A stretch of DNA of 64,000 bases from Neophaeotheca triangularis (lineage: Eukaryota): the NCBI GenBank assembly GCA_054600435.1, contig BAAIJX010000021.1:248001-312000 (forward strand), given 5' to 3'. The translations under genes were made by a program, and so were the position numbers. The notes under the pieces are model-generated. The model was given only the letters and a program-made list of their open reading frames with translations, was not told the origin of the DNA and did no database searches. Of this stretch, positions 22,278-34,154 are shown piece after piece. How positions within the stretch are numbered: the first letter of the stretch is position 1; each line of letters starts with the position of its first letter.

Positions 22278-23391
22278 TCAGTGATATCCGTTCTGCCTGC
22301 CTCCGATGGCGCCCTTACCTTCCATGAAGTAAGGGTGCATCACTGCCTGCTTGGCGCTGATCCTGCCAGCCGGATCATACACCAACATGCTCTCCAAGAG
22401 ATCCAGCCCGTCCTCACCAAGCACCTTGTACCCGTCATTTGAGACTAACAGCTCCTCCGGTTTGCGAACCCACTTGGGGAAGCTGCTCTTGAAGTCTGGG
22501 AAGCTCGTCACACCAGGCCAGTCCTCCTCGGTCGGCGTACCCAACACTCTGAATATCTTGAAAATCTCGTCGATTTCGCTATCCCCGGGGAACAAGGGCT
22601 TGCGAGTCGCCATCTCCGCGAAGATGCAGCCAACAGACCACATATCGACGCCAGTAGAGTACTGTCGCCCTCCAAGGAGAATTTCGGGGGCACGGTACCA
22701 GAGAGTGACGACTTCGTGGGTGTAGGTTCGCAGCGGGACGCCGAAGGCGCGCGCAAGACCAAAATCGGCGAGCTTTAGGTTGCCTTCTTTGTCGATGAGA
22801 AGATTTTGTGGTTTGAGATCGCGGTGAAGGATGCGGTGGGCGTGGCAGTAGCGAACTCCCTGAAGGAGCTGGCTGGTGAAGCGCTTGACCTGCAAGGCTT
22901 TCGTTAATATTTATTTATCCTCCTGAGAAGTTTGCGCAGCACGTACCATGGCCTCTCCCAGCCCCAAATGACCAGCTCGGCCGTCCATGACACCATCTGG
23001 CAGAGGTTTTCCACGCCCACCCTGGCTGACCGGCAGCGCCTCCATGTACTTTTTGAGATCAAGATCGAGGTACTCGAAGACGAGGTAGAGCTTGTGGCCG
23101 TCGGCGTGGACGATGTCAAACAAGCGGACAATGTTCGGGTCGTTGGTTTCCTTGAGGAGAGAGATCTCGCGAATGGCTGTAGAGGGGACGCCCTCATCCT
23201 CGGCTTCAAGACGGATCTTCTTTAGGGCGACGACGCGGTGGTCTGGGGTTGTGAGATCGCGGGCTTTGTAGACAACGCCGTAAGTGCCTGTGAGACATCA
23301 ATTAGCCAACAGCCTCGGGAGAGAACGATCATTCTGTGCAAGATTTGAACATACCCTCCCCAATCTTCTCCATCTTCTGGTAGTTCTCCAT
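22278..23391 (-). CDS. CDC28: Cyclin-dependent kinase 1 (Cdc2/Cdc28/NimX) (introns 23288-23354, 22890-22946)
   Basis: Spliced [61 protein letters not shown] and GDSEID. Confidence 0.98.
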
Positions 23392-23789
23392 GGCTTCTGA
23401 TGTTTGTTTTGTAGTTTCAATGGTCACTGCTACGATGGGCTGGATGCCTTTTATGTACCGTGGGCCTGTGCGTTCGCTTCACTGAGATGGAGGGGAGTGT
23501 GGGATCTACAGAGTGCCCGTATCGTCCATGCAGGTCCAGGGGGAGGAGGTCGTCCAGAAAGGGAAGGCAGGTTGTCGGATTGGTAAGGTATCGTGAGAGA
23601 TCCAGATGGTCGGAGTAGGTACGGGCGGTAGAAGGGACAAAGGGCAAGGAGAGAGTGTGGTAGATACAGTACCTTACTGTAGGATGTTATGTAGTGTTGG
23701 CACCTGGGTAAGGTAGTAGCAGCAGCAGGTAAGGTAGGTATGTTGGTTGGTGGGGCTTTCGACTTTGGCAGCCGTTCCTGCATCTTCAA

Positions 23790-23808
23790 GTCAACAAATA
23801 AAACGCGC
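23790..23808. promoter_or_regulatory. Putative forkhead (GTCAACA) plus MCB-like (ACGCG) element in the CDC28/RAD4 divergent promoter
   Basis: GTCAACAAATAAAACGCGC, with a second ACGCG at about 23833. Motif match only. Confidence 0.35.
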
Positions 23809-24180
23809 TAATTCGCTTCCGAGCCCAGCTGCACGCGCTTGCTGGAAACGTGCAGCGGGAAGGACGGTTCTTCCCGGCTGGCCTTGGCACTGAAACCTCG
23901 ACCCCCAGCCCCAGGCATCAAGCATCTTCCACTTGCCACCTGCATCTTCTTCGTACCGACGACTCGACCTGCTTGCGCCTAATCACTACATCTACTCAAT
24001 ATCGTCAAGTCGAGGTTTCCTGTCCCCCTGATAGCCCTGGTGAGACAATCCCAACGAATGCAAACACCTGGATTATTACATAGCTTCACCTCGGACCGCC
24101 ATCGCACGTGATCCGCGACACTTTCGCGACATGACAGGCTGAAACCCGCTGGTGGCCACGGAGAACTTTCTCAGAGTAAT

Positions 24181-27100
24181 ATGGCTTCAGTCAGGGGCAA
24201 AGGTAAGCAGCGAGCAACTGCGCCTCCACGTTCGAGCCGTAGGCGAACAGCAGGCTCGCGCAAATCGCCAGAAGCTGGCCCGAACGTGTACGATGAAATG
24301 CTCGCAGAAGCAGCGGCAGCTGAGTCTCCGGAACCGGCACCTCCTCTCAAACGGCGCAAGGTTGTCAAAGAGCAACCCCTTGCTTCGCCAGCTCGCGTGC
24401 CTGAGATCAAGGTCACCGACGAGCCAGCTTCCGATATAGCCCACCGCCCTCAAACCGTGGAGGACTCTTCCGAGGACGAAGATAGCGACTTTGCCTTTGA
24501 GGATGTAGACCTCGACGAGCCGGTCGCCGAGAGTAGCAGCCGAGAGGACGATCGAATAGGAGACATCTCTGTGTCCATCGATCCGACGTCCGCACTCAAA
24601 GGCCTCTCTCCAGCCAAAGCCAAACGAAAGCCTCCGACAGCGGTAGAGAAAGCGGCTCGCGTGCTCATGCACAAGACAGATGTGTTATGCCTACTTGCAC
24701 ACTGCATACGTGTAAACTCATGGTGCAACAATTCGATCGTTCATGGGAGATTGCTCAGTCTTTTGGACGAAAAAACCAAGAAATACCTCGTTCCGAAGTC
24801 TTCTTTCTCTCAATTCAGGCGCAATCAGTCATTCATGGAAGGTCTCGAGAAGGCGTGTGAGTCGTTCAGCCTTCAATTTTCGGTCACAGAATCCAGTATG
24901 AGCACAGCTCGGTGGAAGACAACGGATGCCAATGTACCACCTACCCATGCGAAGCCAGAGCCAGCGGAGCGCAAAAATTTCATGAGAGCTGCTAAGAGTC
25001 TCAAAGGGTCGCAAGATACTGGAAATCAGCTTTTCTGTGCCCTGTTGCGCGCAGCTGGGGTTGAGGCTCGTCTCATCTGTTCCTTGCAGCCGTTTCCCTT
25101 TGGAACGTCTGAAATAAAAGCACCTACGCCTAAAAAGCCTCGGAAATCTACAGTCTTTGCAATTGCACCCGATCGTGACCTCTCAGCCGGTGATATTAGT
25201 ACGGACGACGCTAGCGTGAAAAGTTCGACAAGCATTGGCAAGGTTCCCACCGCTCGAAGAAGGCTCGGTCAACCAAGTTTTGCACCAGAACCAGCTCTTC
25301 CAAGGGCTCCTCCCAACCCGAAAAGAAAGATTCTTAAGCTCGCTTACCCAGTCTTCTGGGTTGAGGCTTTCGATGAGGCTCACCAGAAATGGATACCCGT
25401 TGATCCTGTTGTCACCAATACACTGAATAAATCCTCTAAGTTGGAGCCGCCGTCCAGCTACGCACATAATCAAATGTCCTACGTGATTGCTTTCGAGGAC
25501 GACTGCGTCGCAAGAGATGTCACTCGCCGGTACGCAAAAGCTTACAACGCCAAGACCCGCAAGCAAAGAGTTGAAAGCACTGGGGAAGAAGGCACTCGTT
25601 GGTGGAGGCGAGTCATGCGCTTTTTTCGCCGATGTGGTGTTCTGGATCGCGATCAAGTCGAGGACGCTGAGCTGTCCCACAAGGAAGCCCGCGAAGGTAT
25701 GCCAACCAATGTCTTGGATTTCAAAGGCCACCCTCATTACGCACTGGAGCGACATCTGAAACGGCACGAAGTTCTTCATCCTCGTAATAGAGTAGGCAAA
25801 GTTAACGCTGGAACACCTGCGAAACCTCGCATGGAAGAAATCTTCAGAAGAAGGGATGTACTCTTGTGTAAGACAGGCGACAAGTGGTACCGTCTTGGCC
25901 GCGTGATCAAGCCTGGCGAACAACCTCTCAAGCACCTCGTTGCTGCCCGAGCAAGAAGGGGTCGTTCACCACAGGACGGCGAAGAGCCTGACGATGTTGC
26001 TCGCACGGCTCTCTACGCTCCCTTTCAGACTTCGGTCTACCTCCCAGACCCTGTAGTCGACGGCCGCGTTCCTAGGAATAACTACGGCAATCTGGAAATC
26101 CATGTGCCTTCGATGATTCCGCCAGGAGCCGCTCACGTGAAGCACGGGTTGGCGCAAAAGGCAGCAAAGCTGCTGCGTGTTGACTTTGCAGACGCTGTTA
26201 CCGGGTTTCAATTTAAGGGTCGTCAAGGCACTGCAGTCATCGAAGGCATCATCGTGGCTGCAGAGAACGAAGCTGCAGTGCATGCCGTCATTGAAGGCTT
26301 TGAGCAAGAGGTAGAAGACGATCAATATCAGGCACGATCTTTTGAAGCCTTGCGCCAGTGGAAAAGGTTTCTCGTCGGCTTGCGCGTACGAGAGAGAATC
26401 AGTGAGTATGGCGATGGCAAGGAGGTAGATGTCCGGAATGAAATCGACAAAGCGGAGGACGAAGAGGACAAGACTGTAGAGTCTGGGGGCTTCTTTCCGG
26501 ACGAGGGCGCGGATCAAGTTGCCTTGCCCACAGCGGGCCGCTTCTCGCTGGGAGATGCAGTCACTGCCAGCAGGAGCATTAAGGCTAAGAGTAAAGCAAG
26601 AGCAAGGCAAAACAGTGAGAGTGGGTCAGAAGCCGGCGGAGACACAAGGTACGAGGATAATCGTGAATCGTCTGCACCTACTCGACGCTTGCCAAAGCGG
26701 GCGGCTACGGGGCGAACAGTCGTGGAGGACGATGAAGACGAGGACGATGAAGAGGACGAACAACGGCCGGCCGTCAATGCATCCGGTCCCAACGCTGATC
26801 GACTAGTCGCGAGTGAGGGAGGTGGTGGCTTTTTCCCGGAAGACGAGCCTGCTGTTTCTCCTACCAACGAGCGGCGGTCTGATCCCAACAATGGTCCCAC
26901 TTACGAGACCGAGGGAGGTGGCTTCTTGATCGACGAGGATGCTCCAGACAATGTGCAAGGTGTACCGATAGAGATGGGGAAGCGCCATGCCAGCAACGAT
27001 GATGCTAGCCATGCGCTGCCGCAGCTTGATGGCAACGGAGACGATGCAGCACTACGAGGATCCCATTCGGAGCACGGACTGGACGAAGAGGAACTCTTCG

Positions 27101-27441
27101 GCTCTGCGACAGCACCGTCAGAGGAGCGCACAACAGCAGAGGTCACTGAGCTTTGGGAGCCACAGTTAGGACGGACGCAATGCGAAGTCGATGATGCTCC
27201 AGTCGATGAGCGTGGATCTCTACCATCGTCGAACCCAAACTCTGCCAGCCCATCTCGACCGGAGGATGTTGTGCCCGAGCAAGCTTCGGAAGACGTCATG
27301 ATGGCTGGTGCAGCGCCAGTAACTGGAAGTAGGATGCAAGCAGAGGCGGGGGAGGAAGAAGACAGTGACAAGGGCTCAATGCTTTCTCACGACCCTGAAG
27401 ACAGTGATGCTGAGCCGGACTGGCTGGCGGACGGCGATTGA
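24181..27441 (+). CDS. RAD4: Nucleotide excision repair damage-recognition protein Rad4/XPC
   Basis: QLFCALLRAAG, YPVFWVEAF..WIPVDP, RDVTRRY, DFKGHPHYALERHL, VPRNNYGNLE and AVTGFQF (transglutaminase-like plus BHD1-3 domains). Confidence 0.96.
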   Translation: MASVRGKGKQRATAPPRSSRRRTAGSRKSPEAGPNVYDEMLAEAAAAESPEPAPPLKRRKVVKEQPLASPARVPEIKVTDEPASDIAHRPQTVEDSSEDEDSDFAFEDVDLDEPVAESSSREDDRIGDISVSIDPTSALKGLSPAKAKRKPPTAVEKAARVLMHKTDVLCLLAHCIRVNSWCNNSIVHGRLLSLLDEKTKKYLVPKSSFSQFRRNQSFMEGLEKACESFSLQFSVTESSMSTARWKTTDANVPPTHAKPEPAERKNFMRAAKSLKGSQDTGNQLFCALLRAAGVEARLICSLQPFPFGTSEIKAPTPKKPRKSTVFAIAPDRDLSAGDISTDDASVKSSTSIGKVPTARRRLGQPSFAPEPALPRAPPNPKRKILKLAYPVFWVEAFDEAHQKWIPVDPVVTNTLNKSSKLEPPSSYAHNQMSYVIAFEDDCVARDVTRRYAKAYNAKTRKQRVESTGEEGTRWWRRVMRFFRRCGVLDRDQVEDAELSHKEAREGMPTNVLDFKGHPHYALERHLKRHEVLHPRNRVGKVNAGTPAKPRMEEIFRRRDVLLCKTGDKWYRLGRVIKPGEQPLKHLVAARARRGRSPQDGEEPDDVARTALYAPFQTSVYLPDPVVDGRVPRNNYGNLEIHVPSMIPPGAAHVKHGLAQKAAKLLRVDFADAVTGFQFKGRQGTAVIEGIIVAAENEAAVHAVIEGFEQEVEDDQYQARSFEALRQWKRFLVGLRVRERISEYGDGKEVDVRNEIDKAEDEEDKTVESGGFFPDEGADQVALPTAGRFSLGDAVTASRSIKAKSKARARQNSESGSEAGGDTRYEDNRESSAPTRRLPKRAATGRTVVEDDEDEDDEEDEQRPAVNASGPNADRLVASEGGGGFFPEDEPAVSPTNERRSDPNNGPTYETEGGGFLIDEDAPDNVQGVPIEMGKRHASNDDASHALPQLDGNGDDAALRGSHSEHGLDEEELFGSATAPSEERTTAEVTELWEPQLGRTQCEVDDAPVDERGSLPSSNPNSASPSRPEDVVPEQASEDVMMAGAAPVTGSRMQAEAGEEEDSDKGSMLSHDPEDSDAEPDWLADGD

Positions 27442-28416
27442 TGAATGAATGTCATTCCATTGATAGTGTGTGGCGTATCAGATCCGTCTCCTCTGGCGGG
27501 GGAAACAAGGCCCCTAATCTATGATTGACCGTATATAATTTGATATCAACACACATAATGCCACCTCAAGCCAGTATAACGGCGCTCCTGACCTTCATGG
27601 TTCATTGTGAACGAATCCTGGTACCCGAATCCACCACCTACGTCTTGGGAAGAACACTGACTATCTCCACACGAGGTGCTGCTTACAAGAGGATCAAAAT
27701 GCAGCTAGTAGGCAGATAGACCTACTCCTGAGTCGAATACTCGAACTCAAACACTTACCCTAAGGTCTCGAGATCCATCCCCCAGACACACTTACACAAC
27801 AATAGTCCCCTATCGTCTCGTGGGCTGATGGCGAATAGAGAAACGTGCGGAGATTGAGAGGAATGGAAGCATCAAAATCAATGGTAGATTTCATAATGCA
27901 CGCCGCGCTATGGTTCTTTCGCTATGGAGACCACTGCTGCCCAGAAGGGGCTTTGCTTCTAGACCCGAGTTCACTAGAGGCTGACACGCATCCAGGATTC
28001 AGGAAGTCACGAGCTCCAATGTATGAGCTTCACCGAGCGTCTCTGGGCAGAGGAGGCTGGGCCATTTGGGGTGTATTTGTTAGTGTGTGCAAAGAAAGCA
28101 GAGTCTTACGAGTTGCGACACCAAGAAACGGCTTTAGAATAGAAAATACGATGGGTTCGTCAGTGCAACTTACCAATAGCGCCTTGTCCAATAACATCGA
28201 TTATGCCTTGAATTCATGCAGACGCATGCGCGGCCTTTCTCATTTCTGAGAAGTAGGGCCAACTTGCAGCGTGATTCCGTGATGGCGACGGGCGGTCTGC
28301 ACTGGCGCCAGAGGCTACTGTTCTACAGTCCGGATACAGGCGAATCTGCGGTCGACTGGTGATCCTTGACTCGAAAAGCAGGAAGGAATAACAGTGATCC
28401 AGATAAGGGAGAGGCT

Positions 28417-29301
28417 TCAGGTCTTCGGCCTTCCAAACGGATTGATCGCCGCACGAGTATTGCCGAGCAGCTGCTTTCGCAAGGCATCCTTACGACTCTC
28501 TTTGGCGGGTTTCACGTTGCCCGACCGACCCTTAGCTGCTGTTGAGGTGGCGAAGAGCGGCTTCTTGGCAGCGTCGTCCTGACCGAAGTCATCAACCGAC
28601 GGACCAAAGTCGACAAGCTGTGCTCGTTTACGATCGCTTTCTGATTCTGGTAGAAGCGTAACGCTGGTGCCCAGTCGCTCCTGCAAAGCTTCATCTTCGT
28701 CGGCTTTTCTTTTGAGGACTTTCCTCTCGCGACGGAAAGAATCCCTCAGCCGCTTGTTGGCCGCTCCGGGGTCATCCCAGTCTCTAGCTTTGGCGTGATA
28801 CAGCTCTTGAATTCGCTGAGAGTTGTCTTTGATGCGCTCCTTCTCTTCGACCTTGCCTTCGAGCTGCGCAAAGGCATCTTCCCTTCGTTTCTCTCGCTCC
28901 TCGGGCGTCAAGATAGGCACACCTCCTTCGCCCTCCCTGATTCGGTCGCCGTCATCGCCATAGTCCCTCGCTTTTCCGCCATCTGTGACCACGTAGGCCG
29001 TATTCTTGGGATCGGTCCTAATCTCAATGGTCCCTCCGCAAGCCGGGTGCTTCATGCGAAACTGCCAGATGGGTGTGCTGTAGTAGTAACCAACTTTCTT
29101 CTTCTCGGCGTTGAACCGTACGCCCTGTCCGATGATGATGTCCGGTTTGCAAGTTTTGCACCAGGTAGCGAAGGGCATCTCGAAGCGAACGGTCTGGGTT
29201 CCATCCTTGCGCAGAGCTCCGGGAGGACGTCGCTTTGCTAGTCGGTTTGCTGATGTTGTGCCTTCATGGTCGGCAGGGATGTAGCGGTTGAACCCCTGCA
29301 T
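28417..29301 (-). CDS. CWC16/Saf4/CCDC130-family splicing factor (DUF572)
   Basis: MQGFNRYIP, VRFEMPFATWCKTC, GVRFNAEKKKVG.YYSTPIWQF and IRTDPKNTAY. Confidence 0.9.
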   Translation of the reverse strand: MQGFNRYIPADHEGTTSANRLAKRRPPGALRKDGTQTVRFEMPFATWCKTCKPDIIIGQGVRFNAEKKKVGYYYSTPIWQFRMKHPACGGTIEIRTDPKNTAYVVTDGGKARDYGDDGDRIREGEGGVPILTPEEREKRREDAFAQLEGKVEEKERIKDNSQRIQELYHAKARDWDDPGAANKRLRDSFRRERKVLKRKADEDEALQERLGTSVTLLPESESDRKRAQLVDFGPSVDDFGQDDAAKKPLFATSTAAKGRSGNVKPAKESRKDALRKQLLGNTRAAINPFGRPKT

Positions 29302-30035
29302 GATGGAGAGCGAGCCAGACCAGCTCTGGGCAGATCACTGCGAAGGACTGGTGCTATTCCGGCAGGATTAGGTGTGTAGTGAAGGTGGTCGATTTGTGAC
29401 GTTCAATCTAGGGCAAGTGAGCCGCGGCCCGCTACCTCTCGAGGCGGGACGTTATTTCCGGGATAAACCCGGCAAGGAATCCAATCACACCTCTATCGCT
29501 TACCTCTCGAGCCTCCTACCTTACCTACGTTCAGCTGGTGGGCCTACCCTCGTACCTCAAAGACGCCCCTATGCTGATGCTTAGTCTTCGACAAACACAC
29601 TCATTCCGGATATAAGATGCGCAACGTCCCGTTGACCTACCTCCATGCCAGCTCAAGACGCTCTATTCAGAATTCAACAGCGGCGTATGGCTCGTCAACA
29701 GGGGTGTCTTCCAACCTTCATGGCCCGCCGACAATGCAGACTTTGCGCCATAGAAATGCAGGGTTCTGTAGTCGCACTAGACTTGTCGGACACCTTCAAT
29801 ATTCTCCTGTGGATTCAGGTAGCAGTCAGTTATTGAGGTCATTGTTCATTATCTGCGCAGTGTTTATGTGTGATGAACAACTCCAAACGAGAAAAGGGAA
29901 GGCATATCGAGAGATAGGAAAGAGGCCAGAGAGAGACCTGCATTGAGGGAAATTTATCAAAAGAAGCCCGCTTAACTTTGCCGCTAAATCACAAACGTGA
30001 AACTAGACTTCCATCTACTCCTAAGGCAAGATCCA

Positions 30036-31365
30036 CTAGTAACCAAGGTCGCTCGTAGTCACGTCTTCAATGAAATGCTTCTCCCGATTAGCCCTGGTAA
30101 ACCACAAGAACCAGGGGACGACGTAAGTCTTGATCGTATGACCAAGCCAACCGGCGTCGGAGACGGTTTTGACGACGCTCTTGGATTCCTCGAAGGCGGC
30201 CTCTATGCGACCTCGCCGCAATTTCTCATATGCATCGAAAGCTTCCTTCATGGTATTTGGTTTGCCCTTCTCCATCCATCTAGCAAGGCAGCGTGAGAAT
30301 AGAACGGTGTCTTCAAACACGATGCCGGTGCTTTCACCCTGGGGGGGCATAGCGTGCTAAACGGGGATTGTCAGTACACCCAAGTTTGTGACCCGCACAT
30401 GCCAAACTTACAGCTGCATCCCCAAGAAGCATGGTGCGGTTTGTGGCCCACTTGCCGAACTTGGACAGCGTGAAGACGGGCCAGAGGAAGAAGTCTTCAG
30501 CCTTCTTGATCAGAGGCTCAATACACTCAATCTTTGCATCCCCGAAGCGCTCCAGAATATCTGCACGCGTCTTGTCGGCATCCTTACCAGCAGCTTTCCA
30601 CCCGTCTCTTGACCCGATCTCCGGAACCTGCATCAACGCTCCTACGTAAACGGAATTCTTTGAGGACGAATGATAACTGGTCAAAAGCATGCCCCTCCTC
30701 GCGAAGTTGATGGCTGTGCACTGAAAATGTACGCTGAAGTCCGGCTCAATGGGGGCGAAGGAGAAAGCGTTGCAGACACCCGAGTACGTCTCTTGACGGT
30801 CTGGGTCAACGTGTTTCAGTCGAGTAACCGAGTGAATGCCGTCGCAGCCCATGAGCAAGTCAGCCGTAGCTGAGCCACCATCTTCGAACTTTATAGTCAC
30901 GTTATCGTCCGTCTCGTCGATGTCCGTAGTCCGCTTGCCGCACGTGAGAGTGATGTTCTCGTGCTGCTCCACGGCAGCCAACACGCCCTTTAATGCATCA
31001 CCTCGGGTGATTCGCAAAGCCTTGTACGGCGGATTTCCGATTCCTTTGCCTTCAGGCCCTTGGAAACTGGACTCTGCGAGCTTGGTGCTGTAGATATCGA
31101 AGACCTCGAGGTAGTCAATGGTCATGCCATAGTCGCGCTCGCGGATGATTGGCAGCGCGCCGAGGTGGTCGAGCAAGCGGAGAGCATTAGGTGTGAGGTT
31201 GACGGCACCGCCTACCGTGGCTGGCTCCGGGCGGATCTCAAAGATCTGAATGCGTGGGATTTGACCCTGTGGTGCGAACTTGGTGAGAGCGAGGGCGGTC
31301 GTCAAGCCGGCGATGCCTCCGCCAAGGATGATGACGTTCAAGCCGTCTGGGGATGCTGGCGCCAT
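30036..31365 (-). CDS. Group A FAD-dependent monooxygenase, salicylate hydroxylase-like (intron 30357-30411)
   Basis: GGGIAG Rossmann motif, GCDGIHS (DG motif) and spliced LLGDAA/HAMPPQG (GD motif). Confidence 0.92.
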
Positions 31366-32762
31366 CGCGACACCGAGACTGAGAGGTAGATACTAGGAGA
31401 ACGTTATCACTGCAACATAACAATCCAAGCGTATGAAGCCAAGAGAAAATACTGGGATCTGTTAGGGGGTCGTGAGTAGATTTGATGAACGGAAGTGATA
31501 GGGAAGTGGCCAGGGCGACGAAAGTTACCAGATAAACCGATCCGAGTGTCCATCTGAGAGTCACTTCTTTCGCAGTATTACCTGGGGGGCCGATGCGCTA
31601 CGTCTCCATGTCGGTACGAACGTGAACGGCGGAAGTCTCACTACATCCTTATATCGCCCCGTCAATCCTAGCGCTCAGCCAAATGAATCTGCTCGTAAAG
31701 CATCTGTCAAGAGAGTAAGAAAACAGACCAGAGCAGTTCCCCAACTGGCTTTTGGAGCGCTTCTACTCCACGAAGCTTAATGAGGTTCCGTTGACTTCCC
31801 GTCTTTCAAGGGTAACCGTCTAGTACGGATGTGCCATCAAGTGCGCGGTACCGGCCTCGCAATCACCCCATGGAAGACGCTCACGCAAAAGTCCGAATCA
31901 CCTCTCAAAAGGAAGTCTTTCAAAGGCTAACGCGCCAAAAGGTGCGCTCTAGGATACACACTTCGTGGCTAAAGACATCTCATTGAAGCTGGGACCGGTT
32001 AAGACGAGAAGTCTAGACTATGTAAACTAACCGTACGCGTGACAGAAACCGACAAGCCATGAGCTCAGTCGGATTTGAGCCAGTGAAATAGGTAGCCATG
32101 AGTGAGAGCCCCATGGTCGAATCGACAACAGTCTCAGCCTTGACGAGAAGTGAGGTGACGCAGCGCGTAAGTAGTCTTTAACATGTTTCGCCAGCGGATT
32201 GCCACGAGTTGGGTCCTGAAAGACGTTGCACCCCCGAGGTTTTAGAGTCGCCATGCGAATGCCAGACTTCTTCCAAGCCTGACCCAAAGGAAATAAGGTA
32301 AAGGTGTACGGTCCCACGCCTGCTCTCAAGTAGTGGTCGGGTATCTAGTAACAGGAAGAGTCTTGAAAGTGGACAGGCGTAAAAGCCAGACAAGGGGCTT
32401 GAATGGCACCGCGTAGAGGTCGGCGGGAAGGATAGGTATACTAAAGATGCCTTGAAGGTTCCTACAAGGTTACAGAGAAAGACCAAGGTATCGAAGGGTC
32501 CTTCAGACTTTTTCAACCACAAGACAAACGAACCGGTAAGTTACCGTCGAGGTTCATGTGTTGCCGGTAGTGTCATTGTGAATGGCGGCGAGGTCGGCTT
32601 AGCCCATTCCCATGTTTACTTGGCCCCTACAGCTTCGCTTCAAAACCTCACCTACCCACCTCCCCCTTCATTCAAACTCCGACACTCTTTCTCCGCAACA
32701 CCAATAACCTCACACACCCATTCATCACCGTCTCCAGTACCTTTACCTTCGCCGCCGTCGCG

Positions 32763-34154
32763 ATGAGGACGCCAGACCGTATCCCCGATTCGCTTGAAGA
32801 ATTTCGCCTCATGTTCGCACCGTCCCGCGATGGTATGAGTTCCGAGGCTGTTGCAAGAGAAATCTATGCGAAGTTCGACCTGCTGATCCAAATATGCAAG
32901 CGCGCGGAAATCAACCAGGAAATGCAGATGCCAACAAATCAAGCCTTCACCACATCCCCGCCGGCCAAAAGTTGTTCAAGCTGCGGAAGTGAAGCCCACC
33001 TGGTATGCCGCGCGTGCGTCGAAGGCCAGATCTCGAACGGCGAACTCACACCGCTGACGTACTACTGCAACAAAAAATGCCAGAAGGCGCACCGCAAAAG
33101 CCACAAACCCTACTGCGACACCGTAATTCGCATTCGAGGCGTCCATCAGGCTGGTGAGCTCCTGAAGCAAGTCTACGCACTCTGGAAGATCTACGCACTT
33201 TCATGCGCAGAAAACCATGATCACTACGTCATTGCGTACTGGACAGACTTGGTATCTCACGACAGAAGTGTTGAAGCCAAGGACTCAGCCACATGGATCC
33301 AAAACAAGAGGCGGGACAAGCTACCGGAGAGCATTAGCGACCGAACGACTTTGCTGATGGCGGCTAATGGCGACGACTTGGTCTCGTTCATGGCGGACTT
33401 TGTGGGCAAGTTGCTAAAACGTGAGTATAACTACCGAGGAATTATCAGAAACAGACACTCACTGACTTTGAATCCAGCTTACTGCATGGACATGTACGAA
33501 GTCTGCATCACTGTCGACAATACAGACCTAGGCGTGGTTCCCTCCAAGTTCGAAAACGGCAAAATGGTCGATAAGCAAAAGGCGCATTGGGTCTTCAAGG
33601 TCTTTGTCAAGGGAGAGCGCGACAACCACAGCATCCCTTTTGCCATCGACCTCAATGGTGCGCAGTACTTTCAGCACAAGCCGGGGATGCTCTGGGACAC
33701 CTACGAGCAGATGTTGCCGGGCAAGATCGCAAGCATCAAACAGTTCGGATCGATGCGTACGCGCTTCGAGACGCTCTTTCAAGAGGCCGAGGACTCGGAT
33801 TCGGACGAGGCACCGGTCAAGCTGGAGTTGGAGGGGTTGGAGGAGTGTCGCCACGGATGTCGCATATGTCAGAGAATTGAGCCCCACATAGTCAAACACC
33901 CTGCCGAGGGAGACGAGGTAGATGGATTCGTCCTGACGGGTGTGGATGATCAAGTGATACTGGAGGCCAAGGTCAAGATGGCGCGGGCGTTGACGGGAGT
34001 GACTTGGCGCAATGAGCACAAGCAGAGGATCAGTGATGTGGTTGGTGAAGGCACGCGTGAATTCCAAAAGGCTAAGCCTTCAATGATGGGACATCTCAAG
34101 GCTCTTCTCGAAATAACCTGCAAGAAGGCTGAAGCTGAAGCACACATGGGGTAG
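32763..34154 (+). CDS. MYND zinc-finger protein (probable in-frame intron 33421-33477)
   Basis: CSSC...CRAC...YYCNKKCQKAHRKSHKPYC MYND pattern. GTGAGT..CTGAC..CAG 57-nt intron. Confidence 0.8.
   Translation: MRTPDRIPDSLEEFRLMFAPSRDGMSSEAVAREIYAKFDLLIQICKRAEINQEMQMPTNQAFTTSPPAKSCSSCGSEAHLVCRACVEGQISNGELTPLTYYCNKKCQKAHRKSHKPYCDTVIRIRGVHQAGELLKQVYALWKIYALSCAENHDHYVIAYWTDLVSHDRSVEAKDSATWIQNKRRDKLPESISDRTTLLMAANGDDLVSFMADFVGKLLKREYNYRGIIRNRHSLTLNPAYCMDMYEVCITVDNTDLGVVPSKFENGKMVDKQKAHWVFKVFVKGERDNHSIPFAIDLNGAQYFQHKPGMLWDTYEQMLPGKIASIKQFGSMRTRFETLFQEAEDSDSDEAPVKLELEGLEECRHGCRICQRIEPHIVKHPAEGDEVDGFVLTGVDDQVILEAKVKMARALTGVTWRNEHKQRISDVVGEGTREFQKAKPSMMGHLKALLEITCKKAEAEAHMG

Noticed and set aside
30036..34154. 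Secondary-metabolite cluster around the FAD monooxygenase
   Set aside because: No PKS, NRPS, terpene synthase, transporter or cluster regulator nearby.
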